A stretch of 64,000 nt of DNA from contig JBBRFL010000016.1 of the NCBI GenBank assembly GCA_038224325.1, forward strand, positions 3,076 to 67,075, written 5' to 3'. Of this stretch, positions 1-10,078 are shown one piece after another. A model generated the notes under the pieces. The model was not told where the DNA came from. It was given only the letters and a program-made list of their open reading frames with translations, and did no database searches. Position 1 is the first letter of the stretch, and each line of letters starts with the position of its first letter. Position numbers and translations under genes: made by a program. Source of the DNA: Thermoanaerobaculia bacterium (GTDB taxonomy: Bacteria > Acidobacteriota > Thermoanaerobaculia > UBA5066 > Gp7-AA6).

Positions 1-1624
1 CCACGAGCGAAGGAATCTCGCACGCGAGCTCGACCTGGACCGCGTACCGGGTCTTCCTGTCCGCGGACGCGCGCTGGCGATCCCGCGCGGCTCGTTCGAG
101 CCAGGCGGCGCGTGAGCCTCCCGGAGCGGCTTCCGCGGCCGGGCGCGCGCCGCGCGGCGGCGTCGCGGCGGGGGCGGGGCGAGGCGACGGAGCCGGGACT
201 CGCGCGCTCGGGGCCGGAGCTCGCGTGGGCCGGGAGCGCGGCGGGGGAGCGGGAAGGGGCACGGCGGCGGCGGGCGAGGGCGCGAGGGTCGGCTCCACGG
301 CGGCCGCCGGAAGCGTGGCGGTCGGAGAGGGACGGGCCACAAGCCCCGGCGCGCGGAGAAGCGATCCTTGGGACCGAAGCAGGATGACCCCGGCGACTCC
401 GCCGCCGAGCAGGACTAGGAGCCAGAGCCACGGCCCGGCGGACCGTGCGCGCGGGCGTTCGGCCGACCCGACACCCGTCGCCTCGTTCAGCGGGCCGTCG
501 ACCGCGGGAGCGGAGAAGGAATCGCCGACGAGCGCTCCGGGGTCTTCCCTCGCCGGCTCCTCCTCCGGCTGCGAGTCGGGCCCGCCGCGATCCAGAACCG
601 CTCCGTCCAGCGGGGACTCGACCTCGTCGGGAACGCCCGCGCGCCGGGCGGGAGCCGAGATCCGGGGCTCGTCGGATTCCTCCTCTCCGGTATGCATCGA
701 GCGGCTGTCGACGGCCGATTCTTCCTCGTCGTCCAGATCCGGCGAATCGGAGGGGCCCGTGCCGAGATCCGCCTCGGCGAGATCGAGTCCACGGGGATCG
801 GAAAAAGCCTTCGGCGGGACGGAGAGATCTCCCGACTCGCCCTCCTCTTCCTCGTCCTCTCCTGCCGCGGCCGCCTCCTGGTCCGCCGCCGGTGCGGGCC
901 CGCTCGGCGTCTCCGCAAGGGCGAACTCGGGGTGCACCAGCCCCAGTGTGACGAGGGCCGCGAGGAGCTTCTCGACCGCAAACGGCTCGGCGGAGCCCTC
1001 GCTGGATATCTGCGCCGCGGTCGCCTTCCCGTCGATCAGGCGCACGACCGCCTCCGCGTCGGCCGTCAGACCGAAAGCCGTAAACTCCGCGTCGAAGCGC
1101 GGGGCGCGGACGAGCGGCACGTCGACGCCGCCCAGGTGGTGGAGCACGAGGCTCCGATCGCGCGATCGGAGGAAGAGCTCCAGAACGAGCCGCGGCACCG
1201 TGAGCCGGAACTCCCCCGCCGCGGCGGCCGCGCCGCGATCGAAGACGTAATCGCCCTCGATCCACGTGAGCAGGTCCGAGAGGACCTCGACGGCGCGGAT
1301 TTTCTCGCCCCATCGCCACTCCCGCTTGGTGAGGATCCCCGCCTGGAGCGCCGCGAAGGCGCGGTCGCCGCCATGCGGCGTCGAGAGCCGGTCGAGCGTC
1401 GCGGCGTCGAGCTTTCCAGCGCGCAGCAGGATCGAGGCGGTCTCGAAGCGAGCCTCCGACGAGGTCACCGACGTCAGCTCGCCGTCCGCGAGAAAGAAGC
1501 CCGCGGTCGCGCCCGATCGCGAGAAGTGGACGGATCCGCTCGCGCCCTCCCTCCAGAGCGTCACCAGCGCGGCGAGGACGTCCGTCGCGCGCAGCTCGCC
1601 CTCGTCGCCGAACGCGGTTCTCAT
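1..1624 (-). CDS. Partial gene whose 3' end lies beyond the window start. It encodes an N-terminal DUF4388 (PATAN-like) domain, an acidic linker, one TM helix, a Pro-rich segment and a SPOR-like C-terminal segment.
   Basis: My own minus-strand translation from ATG (rc of 1622-1624) is open to position 1, about 541 codons. It begins MRTAFGDEGELRATDVLAALVTLWREGASGSVHFSRSGATAGFFLADGEL, which fits the DUF4388 pattern G.L..L..LL.L..R.SG.L.L..G...G.IYF.DG. Further down come an acidic D/E-rich stretch, a WLWLLVLLGGGVAGVILL helix and RKTRYAVQVELA near the edge. The ORF is absent from the supplied track because it has no stop in the window. Its ATG overlaps the uvrC stop (ATGA). Confidence 0.5.
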   Translation of the reverse strand, partial: MRTAFGDEGELRATDVLAALVTLWREGASGSVHFSRSGATAGFFLADGELTSVTSSEARFETASILLRAGKLDAATLDRLSTPHGGDRAFAALQAGILTKREWRWGEKIRAVEVLSDLLTWIEGDYVFDRGAAAAAGEFRLTVPRLVLELFLRSRDRSLVLHHLGGVDVPLVRAPRFDAEFTAFGLTADAEAVVRLIDGKATAAQISSEGSAEPFAVEKLLAALVTLGLVHPEFALAETPSGPAPAADQEAAAAGEDEEEEGESGDLSVPPKAFSDPRGLDLAEADLGTGPSDSPDLDDEEESAVDSRSMHTGEEESDEPRISAPARRAGVPDEVESPLDGAVLDRGGPDSQPEEEPAREDPGALVGDSFSAPAVDGPLNEATGVGSAERPRARSAGPWLWLLVLLGGGVAGVILLRSQGSLLRAPGLVARPSPTATLPAAAVEPTLAPSPAAAVPLPAPPPRSRPTRAPAPSARVPAPSPRPAPAATPPRGARPAAEAAPGGSRAAWLERAARDRQRASADRKTRYAVQVELACEIPSLV

Positions 1625-3429
1625 GAGGGCCGCGCTCCGGAACGCTCGAGGTACTCGGCGACCGCGCGCGCCATGGTGGGGCCCACGGCGTCCTCGATCT
1701 CCCGCGGGTCCGCGCCGTGCAGCCCCTGCACCGATCCGAAGCGGCGCAGGAGGAGGCGTGCGCGGATCGGCCCGATGCCGGGGATCTCCGTCAGCCCGGT
1801 CTGGCGCATCCGCTTGCCCCGGCGCTGGCGGTGTCGGCTGATCGCGAATCGGTGGGCCTCGTCCCGCACCCGCTGGATCCACTGCAACGCCGAGTCCTTG
1901 CGGGAGAGGCGGACGGGCTCGGGCCGCTCCGGCACCCAGATCTCCTCTTCCCTCTTCGCGAGCCCTACGACCGGCAGCTCGACCCCGATGCGATCGAGCG
2001 CGGTGAGCGCCGCCTGCAACTGGCCGCGGCCCCCGTCGACGAGGACGAGGTCCGGCCAGGGACCGTCTTCCGCCTGGACTCTCTTGTACCGGCGCTCGAC
2101 GACCTCGGCCATGCTCAGGAAATCGTCCGGCTGGAGCAGCTCCTGCGAGGCGATGTTGAACAGGCGATAGTCGGACTTCTTCGGTTTGCCGTCCTCGAAG
2201 ACCACCATCGACGCGACGCTGTCCGTCCCCTGCAGGTGCGAGATGTCAAAGGCCTCGATGCGGTGCGGCGGGATCGACAGGCCGATGGCCCGGGACAGTC
2301 TCTCGACGGCCACCGCCTCGTCCCCGCCAACGCGCCGGAACCGAACGCGGTGGCGCTCGCGCGCGTTGACCTCGGCGAGCCGCACGCGGTCGGCCGAGGC
2401 CCCCCGCTGGGGGTTCTTGACCGCGACCCGCGCTCCGCGCCGGGCCGCCAGGAAGTCCTGGAGCAGGTCCGCGCCGGCCAGCGCGAGGGGAAGGTGAATC
2501 TCCGACGGCAGGAACGGGTTGGCGTCGTAGAACTGCGGCAGAAAGGCCTCCAGGAATCGCGCGGGGTCGATCTCCTGCGCCTTCTCGAAGAAGAAGTCGC
2601 GCCGGTCCTGGAGCGCGCCGCCCCGCACCACCAGCACGCAGACGGCGACGTCCGACCCCGATTCGAAGAAGCCGAAGACGTCCACGTTCTCGCCCTTCAT
2701 CGACTGGACCACCTGCCTCTCGGCGACGTCGCGCACGGTCTTCAGCGCGTCGCGGTAGGCGGCCGCCATCTCGAAGTCCTGCTGCTCCGAGGAGGACTGC
2801 ATCTTTCGCTCGAGGCTGTGCTGCAGCTCCTGGTTGCGGCCCTCGAGGAACAGGATCACGTCCGCCACGGCTCCTCCGTATGCCTCCTTCGTGGTCAGGC
2901 CGGCGACGCACGGGCCCAGGCAGGCGTGGAGGTCGTAGTAGAGGCAGGGGCGAGGGAGCTTTCCGTCGATCTCCAGCGTGCAGGTGCGAATCTGGAAGTG
3001 CCGGGTGATCATGCGCATGATCCGGCGCGCGAGCCCGCCCCAGAAGGGGCCGAAGTAGGAGTGCCCGTCGTCCTGAACGCGGCGCGTGACGAGGGCGCGC
3101 GGCCAGTCCTCTCCGGTGGTGATCTTGACGTAGGGGTACGTCTTGTCGTCGCGCAGACAGATGTTGTAGCGGGGCTGGTGCTTCTTTATCAGGGTGTTCT
3201 CGAGAAGCAGCGCCTCGAGCTCGGTGTTGGTGACGATCGTCTCGATGTCCTTGAACTGCCGCAGCAGCGCCTCGAGGCGCGCCCCCTCCGGAGTTCCGGA
3301 AAAGTAGGTCGCGACCCGCTTGCGCAGGGAACGGGCCTTCCCGACGTAGAGCAGTTTCCCCTTGTCCCCTCGGAAGAGGTAGACGCCCGGTGAGTCGGGG
3401 AGATTCTCCGGGGCGCGCTTCTCGACCAC
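1621..3429 (-). CDS. uvrC: Excinuclease ABC subunit C (UvrC)
   Basis: 602 aa. N-terminal GIY-YIG motif (GVYLFRGDKGKLLYVGKARSLRKR) and C-terminal HhH motif (LTEIPGIGPIRARLL). Confidence 0.9.
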   Translation of the reverse strand: MVEKRAPENLPDSPGVYLFRGDKGKLLYVGKARSLRKRVATYFSGTPEGARLEALLRQFKDIETIVTNTELEALLLENTLIKKHQPRYNICLRDDKTYPYVKITTGEDWPRALVTRRVQDDGHSYFGPFWGGLARRIMRMITRHFQIRTCTLEIDGKLPRPCLYYDLHACLGPCVAGLTTKEAYGGAVADVILFLEGRNQELQHSLERKMQSSSEQQDFEMAAAYRDALKTVRDVAERQVVQSMKGENVDVFGFFESGSDVAVCVLVVRGGALQDRRDFFFEKAQEIDPARFLEAFLPQFYDANPFLPSEIHLPLALAGADLLQDFLAARRGARVAVKNPQRGASADRVRLAEVNARERHRVRFRRVGGDEAVAVERLSRAIGLSIPPHRIEAFDISHLQGTDSVASMVVFEDGKPKKSDYRLFNIASQELLQPDDFLSMAEVVERRYKRVQAEDGPWPDLVLVDGGRGQLQAALTALDRIGVELPVVGLAKREEEIWVPERPEPVRLSRKDSALQWIQRVRDEAHRFAISRHRQRRGKRMRQTGLTEIPGIGPIRARLLLRRFGSVQGLHGADPREIEDAVGPTMARAVAEYLERSGARPS

Positions 3430-3491
3430 GAAATCAGTTTAACTCGACTCGCCAGAGAGAGTTCGCCGTTGGATATGATCGTCATGTGCCG

Positions 3492-3701
3492 ATGTACGAG
3501 TGCCCGTACTGCTACACCCCCGTGGAGCCGGGCACTCCCGTCTGTCCCAAGTGCGGCCGCGAGATCGAGCGGTGGCAGACGGGCTTCTACACCCGCCAGC
3601 GTCCGCTTGCGGCGAGGTCCCGCACGGCCGTCTGGGCGGCCGCGGTGGCCGCGCTGCTCCTGATCATCGCGGGGTTCGCCCGCGCCTGCCACTTGATATG
3701 A
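3492..3701 (+). CDS. Small zinc-ribbon membrane protein (CPYC...CPKC motif followed by a C-terminal TM helix)
   Basis: MYECPYCYTPVEPGTPVCPKCGREIERW...AVWAAAVAALLLIIAGF; about 69 aa. Lies in the uvrC/uvrB gap on the opposite strand. Its stop overlaps the next ATG (ATGA). A GTG at 3486 is an alternative start. Confidence 0.35.
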   Translation: MYECPYCYTPVEPGTPVCPKCGREIERWQTGFYTRQRPLAARSRTAVWAAAVAALLLIIAGFARACHLI

Positions 3702-4024
3702 ACCGGGCACGCCTCGTGGCGCTCGTCGGCATCGCCCTCGCGTCCGCAGCCGGCGCTCAGGTGGTCCCTCTCGCCCGCTGCGCCGCGGCGATCCCCTGCT
3801 CGATTCCGTTCGGGCTCCGTCCGGCGAGCTCCGTCGAACTCTCTCCGTACGCCCGGCCGGAACAGAGCAATGTCGCGCTCTCCGTGTCCGCCGGAGTCGA
3901 GGAGGGCCTCAAGCCCCGGCTCGTCACCCGCGCCATCGCCGAGGATCCCACCGAGCGGGCGGCCCGGATCTTCGTCCGGCGCAATCCGCTGGCAGGCTCG
4001 CCGCGCCCGACCCCGACCCCCTGA
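3698..4024 (+). CDS. Small secreted protein with an N-terminal signal peptide
   Basis: MNRARLVALVGIALASAAGAQ signal peptide; about 108 aa. Translationally coupled (ATGA) to the upstream zinc-ribbon ORF. Confidence 0.3.
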   Translation: MNRARLVALVGIALASAAGAQVVPLARCAAAIPCSIPFGLRPASSVELSPYARPEQSNVALSVSAGVEEGLKPRLVTRAIAEDPTERAARIFVRRNPLAGSPRPTPTP

Positions 4025-4045
4025 CGGAGGCGACCCGACACCGGC

Positions 4046-6127
4046 CTACGAGCGGAAGATCTCCAGCTCGCGCAGGCCCCGAATCTCGTCCCGGATCTCC
4101 GCGGCTTTCTCGAAGTCGAGCTCCTTGGCGGCGGTCTTCATCCGCTTCTCCAGCTCGGCGATCCGGCGCCGCAGCGATTCGGCGTCCGGAAGGGGCTCGC
4201 GCGAGGAGGGAAGGGGGATCTCGTAGTAGTCGAGGTTCGCCATCCGCACCAGGGGCGAGTTGATCTGCTTGATGATCGAGGCGGGCACGATGTCGTGCTC
4301 GACGTTGTACGCCTGCTGGATCGCGCGCCGCCTCGACGTCTCCGAGATGGCTCGGCGCATCGAGTCGGTCGTCGCGTCGGCGTAGAAGATCACCCGCCCC
4401 TTGAGGTTCCGCGCCGCCCGCCCGGAGGTCTGGATCAACGACGTCTCGCTCCGGAGGAATCCCTCCTTGTCCGCGTCCAGGATCGCCACGACGGCGACCT
4501 CGGGCAGATCGAGCCCCTCCCGCAGCAGGTTGATGCCGATCAGGCAGTCGAAGGTTCCGCGCCGGAATTCGGAGAGGATCGCCACCCGGTCCAGGGTCTC
4601 GATGTCCGAGTGCAGGTAGCGGCACCGCACGCCGACTTCGGAAAAGTAATTGGTCAGCTCCTCCGCCATCCGCTTGGTGAGGGTCGTGACCAGCACCCGC
4701 TCGCCCTGGGCGGCGGCGTCGCGCACCACCGCGAGGAGATCGTCGACCTGTCCCTTCACGGGGCGGATCTCGATCTGCGGATCGAGCAGGCCGGTCGGGC
4801 GAATGACCTGCTCGACGACCTCTCCGCCGGCGCGCTCGAGCTCCTCCGGCCCCGGGGTGGCGCTGACGGCGATCATCTGGCGGATGCGGCCGCGGAATTC
4901 CTCGTAGGTCAGGGGCCGGTTGTCCAGCGCGGACGGAAGCCGGAAGCCGTAGTCCACCAGGACCTGCTTGCGCGAGCGGTCCCCGTGGAACATCCCCCGC
5001 ACCTGCGGAAGGCTGACGTGGGATTCGTCGACCACGAGGAGGAAATCCTCCGGAAAGTAGTCGATGAGCGTGGGCGGCGGCTCTCCCGCTTTGCGGCCCG
5101 AGAGATGGCGCGAGTAGTTCTCGATCCCGTTGCAGTAGCCGAGCTCCTTCATCATCTCGAGGTCGAACATCGTTCGCTGGTGCAGGCGCTGGGCCTCCAG
5201 CAGGCGCCCCGCCTGGGTCAGCTCCGCCAGGCGCTCGTCGAGCTCGACGCGGATCGATCCGATGGCCCGCTCCATGGTCTCCCGCGGCGTCGCGTAGAAG
5301 GTGCGCGGATAGAGGGCGAGGCGGTCCACGCGCTGCAGCGGCGTGCCCCGGATCGGATCGGTGCGGGTGATCTTCTCGATCTCGTCCCCGAAGAACTCGA
5401 CCCTCACGGCCGTGTCCTCGTAGGCCGGCTGGATCTCCAGCACGTCGCCCCGCACGCGGAAGTTTCCCCGGGCGAGGTCCAGGGACGTGCGCTCGTACTG
5501 CATCTCGACGAGGCGCGAGAGGAGCGCGGGCATCCCCTGGGAGTCGCCCACCTCCAGGTACGCGAGCATGTCGTAGTACGCCTCCGGCGCCCCGAGTCCG
5601 TAGATGCAGGACACGGAAGCGACCACGACGACGTCCCGCCGCTCGAAGAGGGCCTTGGACGCCGCCAGGCGCAGCTTGTCGATCTCCTCGTTGCGGGAGG
5701 TCTCCTTCTCGATGTACGTGTCCGTCTGGGGCACGTACGCCTCGGGCTGGTAGTAGTCGTAGTACGACACGAAGTACTCGACGGAGTTGCCGGGAAAGAA
5801 GCCGCGGAACTCCTGGTATAGCTGGGCCGCCAGCGTCTTGTTGTGGGAGAGGACCAGCGTCGGACGGTTCACCGCCTCGATGACCTTCGCGATCGAGAAC
5901 GTCTTTCCCGATCCCGTGACGCCGAGCAGGACCTGGTCGGACCGGCCCTCCCGCAGGCCCGCGGTCAGCCGTTGGATCGCCTGAGCCTGGTCGCCCTGCG
6001 GCGAGAAGTCAGTCTCCAAGCGGAAGCGCCCCCCGGCGCGCGCCTGAGCCTCGTGGTACGACGCCGGCTTCGCGAACGCGGCGGAAGAGTCCGGCGGTTT
6101 CTCCCGGGAGCCTGGACGGGGACTCAT
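4046..6127 (-). CDS. uvrB: Excinuclease ABC subunit B (UvrB)
   Basis: Helicase motifs GVTGSGKTF and [11 protein letters not shown], plus [13 protein letters not shown], and a C-terminal UvrB/UvrC interaction region ([25 protein letters not shown]). The start was trimmed to ATG at 6125-6127 ([10 protein letters not shown]); the 898-aa track ORF carries an R/D-rich spurious 5' extension. Confidence 0.92.
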   Translation of the reverse strand: MSPRPGSREKPPDSSAAFAKPASYHEAQARAGGRFRLETDFSPQGDQAQAIQRLTAGLREGRSDQVLLGVTGSGKTFSIAKVIEAVNRPTLVLSHNKTLAAQLYQEFRGFFPGNSVEYFVSYYDYYQPEAYVPQTDTYIEKETSRNEEIDKLRLAASKALFERRDVVVVASVSCIYGLGAPEAYYDMLAYLEVGDSQGMPALLSRLVEMQYERTSLDLARGNFRVRGDVLEIQPAYEDTAVRVEFFGDEIEKITRTDPIRGTPLQRVDRLALYPRTFYATPRETMERAIGSIRVELDERLAELTQAGRLLEAQRLHQRTMFDLEMMKELGYCNGIENYSRHLSGRKAGEPPPTLIDYFPEDFLLVVDESHVSLPQVRGMFHGDRSRKQVLVDYGFRLPSALDNRPLTYEEFRGRIRQMIAVSATPGPEELERAGGEVVEQVIRPTGLLDPQIEIRPVKGQVDDLLAVVRDAAAQGERVLVTTLTKRMAEELTNYFSEVGVRCRYLHSDIETLDRVAILSEFRRGTFDCLIGINLLREGLDLPEVAVVAILDADKEGFLRSETSLIQTSGRAARNLKGRVIFYADATTDSMRRAISETSRRRAIQQAYNVEHDIVPASIIKQINSPLVRMANLDYYEIPLPSSREPLPDAESLRRRIAELEKRMKTAAKELDFEKAAEIRDEIRGLRELEIFRS

Positions 6128-6208
6128 CGGGGCGAGACGGCCGGATGCGGGGACGCGGGCGGGACCGGGGTGCTCACGAAGCCCCCGCTTATAGCATAAC
6201 GGGCGGCT
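6128..6208. promoter_or_regulatory. Divergent uvrB/PBP1A regulatory region containing the motif GGTGCT...TTATAGCATAACGGGCGGC
   Basis: 81 bp gap between divergent start codons. An AT-rich TAnnnT-like element (TAGCAT/CATAAC) sits 9-16 nt upstream of the PBP1A ATG. The 10-mer AGCATAACGG at 6193-6202 recurs at 27823-27832. Confidence 0.3.
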
Positions 6209-8605
6209 ATGCCTCAGAATCGAGGCGTGCGCAGAGTGCCCCGCATCCTGGCGGTGATCGTCCCGCTCCCCCTCGTCGCCCTCCTCGGCGGAGTCGCGGG
6301 CGGCTTCGCCACCAACTTCGTGCGCGTGCCGCGGGTCTCGCAGCTTGCTACGTACCGGCCGGACATCATCACGGAGATCGTGGCGCGCGACGGGTCGACG
6401 ATCGCGCGGTATGCCATCGAGCGGCGCATCCTGGTGCCCCGCGCCGCGATTCCCTCCGTGTTCCGGAACGCCATCGTCGCCACGGAGGACAAGAATTTCT
6501 TCCAACACGGTGGAGTGGACCTTCCCCGCACGCTTTCGGCGCTCGTCGCCAACGTCCAGCAGGGGGGCTACGCGCAGGGCGGCTCTACGCTGACGCAGCA
6601 GCTCGCGCGGGCGATCTTCCTCTCTCCGAACAAGACCCTGTCGCGCAAGATCAACGAGGCGCTGGTCGCCTTCGAGATCGAGCGACGCTACTCGAAGGAT
6701 CAGATCCTGACGATGTACGCCAACGAGATCTACCTCGGCCACGGTAACTATGGCGTCGAGGCCGCCTGCCGCTACTACTTCGGAAAGAGCGTGAAGGACG
6801 TCTCGCTGGCGGAGGCCGCGCTGCTCGCCGGGATCGTCCAGCGCCCGGAGGACCAGTCGCCGTTTCGCAACCCGCCCCTGGCCCGCGCCCGCCGCGCGAC
6901 CGCCCTGCGCCGGATGCGCTCGGCCGGGTTCATCACGGAACGGGAGCGCGCGGCGGCCGAGGCGGAGCCGTTACCGTCGGCCCCATTCCTCCCCGAATCG
7001 ATCATCGGCCCCTACTTCTGCGAGGAGATCCGCCAGTACCTCGAGAAGAGTTACGGCGAGAAGGACCTCTATCGCCGCGGGCTGCGGGTCGAGTCTACGC
7101 TCGACCCCGAGCTCCAGTCCTGGTCCGAGGAGGCCCTGGGATGGGGACTGCGCCAGATCTCGCGGCGCCACGGATTCCACAAGGTCCGAAATCTCCTTGC
7201 GGAGGGATACCGCTCGCTCGAGACGTACGTGGACCCGACCTGGGAGGGCGCTCGGATCGTGGAGGGCGCGTCCTTCCGAGGCGTGGTTTCCCGCGTAACG
7301 CCGGCCGGGGCCGACGTGCGGATCGGCGGGCAGACTCTCCTCCTTCCGAACGCGACTGCGGCCTGGACGGGCGCCTCCACCGCGGCCAAGATTCTCAAGA
7401 CGGGCGACCTCGTCACGACGACGGTCCAGAAGAGCAAGGACGGAAGCCTCGTCCTCGCGCTCGACCAGGAGCCTCGCGAGCAGGGCGCGGTCCTGATCCT
7501 CGAGAACTCGAGCGGCGCGATTCGCGCGATGGTCGGCGGCTCGGACTGGACGCAGTCCAAGTTCAACCGCGCCACCCAGGCGCTGCGCCAGGCCGGCTCG
7601 GCGTTCAAGCCCTTCGTGTACCTCACCGCGCTCGAGCAGGGCTACACCGCCGCGGACACCGTTTTCGACGGGCCGCTGTCGATCGTCATCGACCCGCGGC
7701 AGCCTCCGTATCGCCCCAGCAACTACGACGGCAAGTTCCACGGGATCGTCACCTTCCGCAAGGCCCTCGAGCACTCCTACAACATCCCGGCCGTCCGCGT
7801 GGCACGCATGGTGGGTCTATCGAACGTCATCCAGACGGCGCATCGCCTCGGAGTCCGGCAGGAGCTCCACGCGTACCCGTCGCTCGCGCTCGGATCCTTC
7901 GAGGTCAGCCTGATCGAGCTGACGTCCGCGTACTCGGTCTTCGCCAACCAGGGCCTCGCCTTCTCCCCGTACCTGGTCGAACGGATCACGGACTCCAACG
8001 GCGACGTCCTTGAGCAGACGCATCCGGACCCGCGCGAGGTGGAGAGCCCGCAGACCTCCTACCAGCTGCTGCAGATTCTCCGCGGAGTCACGCAGCGCGG
8101 AACCGGGGCCTCCGCGGCGCAGCTCAAGCTCAACATCGCGGGGAAGACGGGCACCACCAACGACTTCACCGACGCCTGGTTCGTCGGCATGACCCCGCGC
8201 TACACGCTCGGGGTCTGGGTCGGGAACGACCAGAAGACCCAGACGATCGGCCGCGGCTCGGACGGCGCGCACACGGCCCTGCCGATCTGGATCCGCGTCC
8301 TGCAGAAAATGAAGGAGCACGGCCGGATCGATCCGAAGGAGGACTTCGAGGTTCCCCCGAACATCGTCTTCACGCCGGTCGACTACGAAACGGGGCTCAA
8401 GGCGACCACCGACAGCCCGCTGCCGGTCCTGGAATCCTTCGTCAGCGGCTCGCAGCCGACGGAGGAGTGGAACGTCCGGTCGCAGGAGATCTCGCGGCTC
8501 CCCTGGTCCCTGCAGCAGCCCTTCTACGTTCCCAAGAAGGGCGAATCGGAATCCGAGGTGTGGGAGCCGGAAGTCTCGCCGCCGTCACCCCCGTCGCCGC
8601 GCTGA
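6209..8605 (+). CDS. mrcA: Penicillin-binding protein 1A (bifunctional glycosyltransferase/transpeptidase)
   Basis: GT51 motifs ([57 protein letters not shown]) and transpeptidase motifs ([15 protein letters not shown]). Confidence 0.9.
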   Translation: MPQNRGVRRVPRILAVIVPLPLVALLGGVAGGFATNFVRVPRVSQLATYRPDIITEIVARDGSTIARYAIERRILVPRAAIPSVFRNAIVATEDKNFFQHGGVDLPRTLSALVANVQQGGYAQGGSTLTQQLARAIFLSPNKTLSRKINEALVAFEIERRYSKDQILTMYANEIYLGHGNYGVEAACRYYFGKSVKDVSLAEAALLAGIVQRPEDQSPFRNPPLARARRATALRRMRSAGFITERERAAAEAEPLPSAPFLPESIIGPYFCEEIRQYLEKSYGEKDLYRRGLRVESTLDPELQSWSEEALGWGLRQISRRHGFHKVRNLLAEGYRSLETYVDPTWEGARIVEGASFRGVVSRVTPAGADVRIGGQTLLLPNATAAWTGASTAAKILKTGDLVTTTVQKSKDGSLVLALDQEPREQGAVLILENSSGAIRAMVGGSDWTQSKFNRATQALRQAGSAFKPFVYLTALEQGYTAADTVFDGPLSIVIDPRQPPYRPSNYDGKFHGIVTFRKALEHSYNIPAVRVARMVGLSNVIQTAHRLGVRQELHAYPSLALGSFEVSLIELTSAYSVFANQGLAFSPYLVERITDSNGDVLEQTHPDPREVESPQTSYQLLQILRGVTQRGTGASAAQLKLNIAGKTGTTNDFTDAWFVGMTPRYTLGVWVGNDQKTQTIGRGSDGAHTALPIWIRVLQKMKEHGRIDPKEDFEVPPNIVFTPVDYETGLKATTDSPLPVLESFVSGSQPTEEWNVRSQEISRLPWSLQQPFYVPKKGESESEVWEPEVSPPSPPSPR

Positions 8606-8615
8606 GGGCGAGGGG

Positions 8616-9074
8616 TCAGGAGGCGGCGGCGCCCAGCGGCTGCACGTCGACGGTCACGGTGGCGACCACGTCCCGGTGGAGGCGCACGTGGACGCTGTGG
8701 GCGCCGAGGCGGCGGATCGGCTCGGTGAGCTCGACGCGGCGTCGATCGACCTCGATGCCCTTGGCGGCGAGCGCGTCGGCGATGTCGGAGGAGGTCACGG
8801 AGCCGTAGAGCTGGCTCTCGTCGCCGGCCTTCTTGGAGACCACGATGGTCAGCCCTTCGACCTTGCGCGCGACGTCCTCGGCCACGGCCTTCTCGTTCAA
8901 CATCTTCTGGTCGTACTTCTTCCGCTCCTCGCCGAGCTTGCGGACGTTGGCGTCCGTCGCCTCGTACGCGACCCCCTGAGGAAAGAGGAAGTTTCGCGCG
9001 TAGCCCGGCTTCACGGTCACGGTGTCGCCGCGGTGCCCGAGGCCCCGGATGTCGTCGGCCAGAATGACTTTCAT
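8616..9074 (-). CDS. rplI: 50S ribosomal protein L9
   Basis: MKVILADDIRGLGHRGDTVTVKPGYARNFLFPQGVA... 152 aa. Its ATG overlaps the stop of the upstream DUF2232 gene (ATGA). Confidence 0.9.
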   Translation of the reverse strand: MKVILADDIRGLGHRGDTVTVKPGYARNFLFPQGVAYEATDANVRKLGEERKKYDQKMLNEKAVAEDVARKVEGLTIVVSKKAGDESQLYGSVTSSDIADALAAKGIEVDRRRVELTEPIRRLGAHSVHVRLHRDVVATVTVDVQPLGAAAS

Positions 9075-10060
9075 GACTTCTCCATTGCTCCCTCGCCCAT
9101 TCGGCGAAAGTCGACGTACCAATCGAAAAGCCCCAGCAGCGCCACCCCCACGTGGATCGGGAAGTAGGACGCCAGGACGTACAGACCCGCCCGCAGCAAG
9201 CGGGCCCGGAACCATCTCCGGAGGAAGTGGCAGATGATAGAGAGGCCCGCCACAAAAAACAAGGCCGAGAGCGGAAAGAGGAGATTCCCGGCCGCCCGGC
9301 GCGCCTCCCCCGGGAGGAGCCCGAATGCCGCGCCGGACGCGACGAAGATGCCCGCCGCGGCCGCGGGAACCCGCAGCCCCTCGAACCGGGCCGCATCCGC
9401 CGTCGGACCAGGGCGCGCGCTGGCGGCTCCGCCGTAGAACGCGATCGCCGCACCGATAACCCAGAAGGCGCCGAAGATTCCCCAGAGATATCGCCGGGTC
9501 AGCTCCCGGGCGTCCGTGAGCAGGGCCCGCACGCGCGCCGCAGTGTCCTTGTCCGCGCCCGACCGGGAGTACGACTCCATCACCGAGGGAGTCATCCGGT
9601 CGAATGCGGTGGCGGCTTCGTCGGAGAGGGATGGGCCCGGGCCCCGCGCGGCCGCTCCGAAGGCGGCGGCGAGGAAGGCGCAGCCGGCGAGACAGATTCC
9701 GAGGTAGCAGCGCGAGGGCTCCGCCCCCGCGCGGAGGAAGCCGACGCTCGCCGTCGGAACGATTGTGACGCCCGCGACCGCGAACGCCATGGCGACCGCC
9801 GAGCCGATTCCGCCCGTCGCCGCCGCGAGCCCGAACACGATGGCCGACGTGATCGCGCAGCCGAGCAGCGCCGTCAGGAACCCTCGCCGGTGCGCGAGGC
9901 GCACGATGGGGACCGCCGCCAGCGGGACCCCGAGGACCCCGAAGAGAGGAACTACGAACACGGCCGCGAAACACGTCGCGGCCAGAAGAGCCGCCATGGG
10001 GATCTCGAAGCGGCTCATCGGCCGCGGCGGGGCCTCCGTCGCGACGTCGGTCGAGATCAT
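9071..10060 (-). CDS. DUF2232 (YybS-like) polytopic membrane protein
   Basis: Multi-TM hydrophobic protein. Its position between rpsR and rplI matches the conserved rpsF-rpsR-DUF2232-rplI arrangement. Confidence 0.5.
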   Translation of the reverse strand: MISTDVATEAPPRPMSRFEIPMAALLAATCFAAVFVVPLFGVLGVPLAAVPIVRLAHRRGFLTALLGCAITSAIVFGLAAATGGIGSAVAMAFAVAGVTIVPTASVGFLRAGAEPSRCYLGICLAGCAFLAAAFGAAARGPGPSLSDEAATAFDRMTPSVMESYSRSGADKDTAARVRALLTDARELTRRYLWGIFGAFWVIGAAIAFYGGAASARPGPTADAARFEGLRVPAAAAGIFVASGAAFGLLPGEARRAAGNLLFPLSALFFVAGLSIICHFLRRWFRARLLRAGLYVLASYFPIHVGVALLGLFDWYVDFRRMGEGAMEKS

Positions 10061-10078
10061 GCGCCCGAGCGGGTGCGC

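Noticed and set aside
692-2170. 492-aa plus-strand ORF, and neighbours at 225..1250 and 445..951
   Set aside because: R/G/P/E-rich low-complexity translations typical of wrong-frame reading in 70% GC DNA. They overlap the protein-like minus-strand DUF4388 gene and uvrC.
1717-3393. 558-aa ORF antisense to uvrC
   Set aside because: Antisense-frame artefact; uvrC on the opposite strand has unmistakable GIY-YIG and HhH motifs.
4046-6742. 898-aa version of uvrB with a 205-aa N-terminal extension
   Set aside because: The extension is R/D/G-rich junk. UvrB homology begins at [10 protein letters not shown]. Start moved to 6127.
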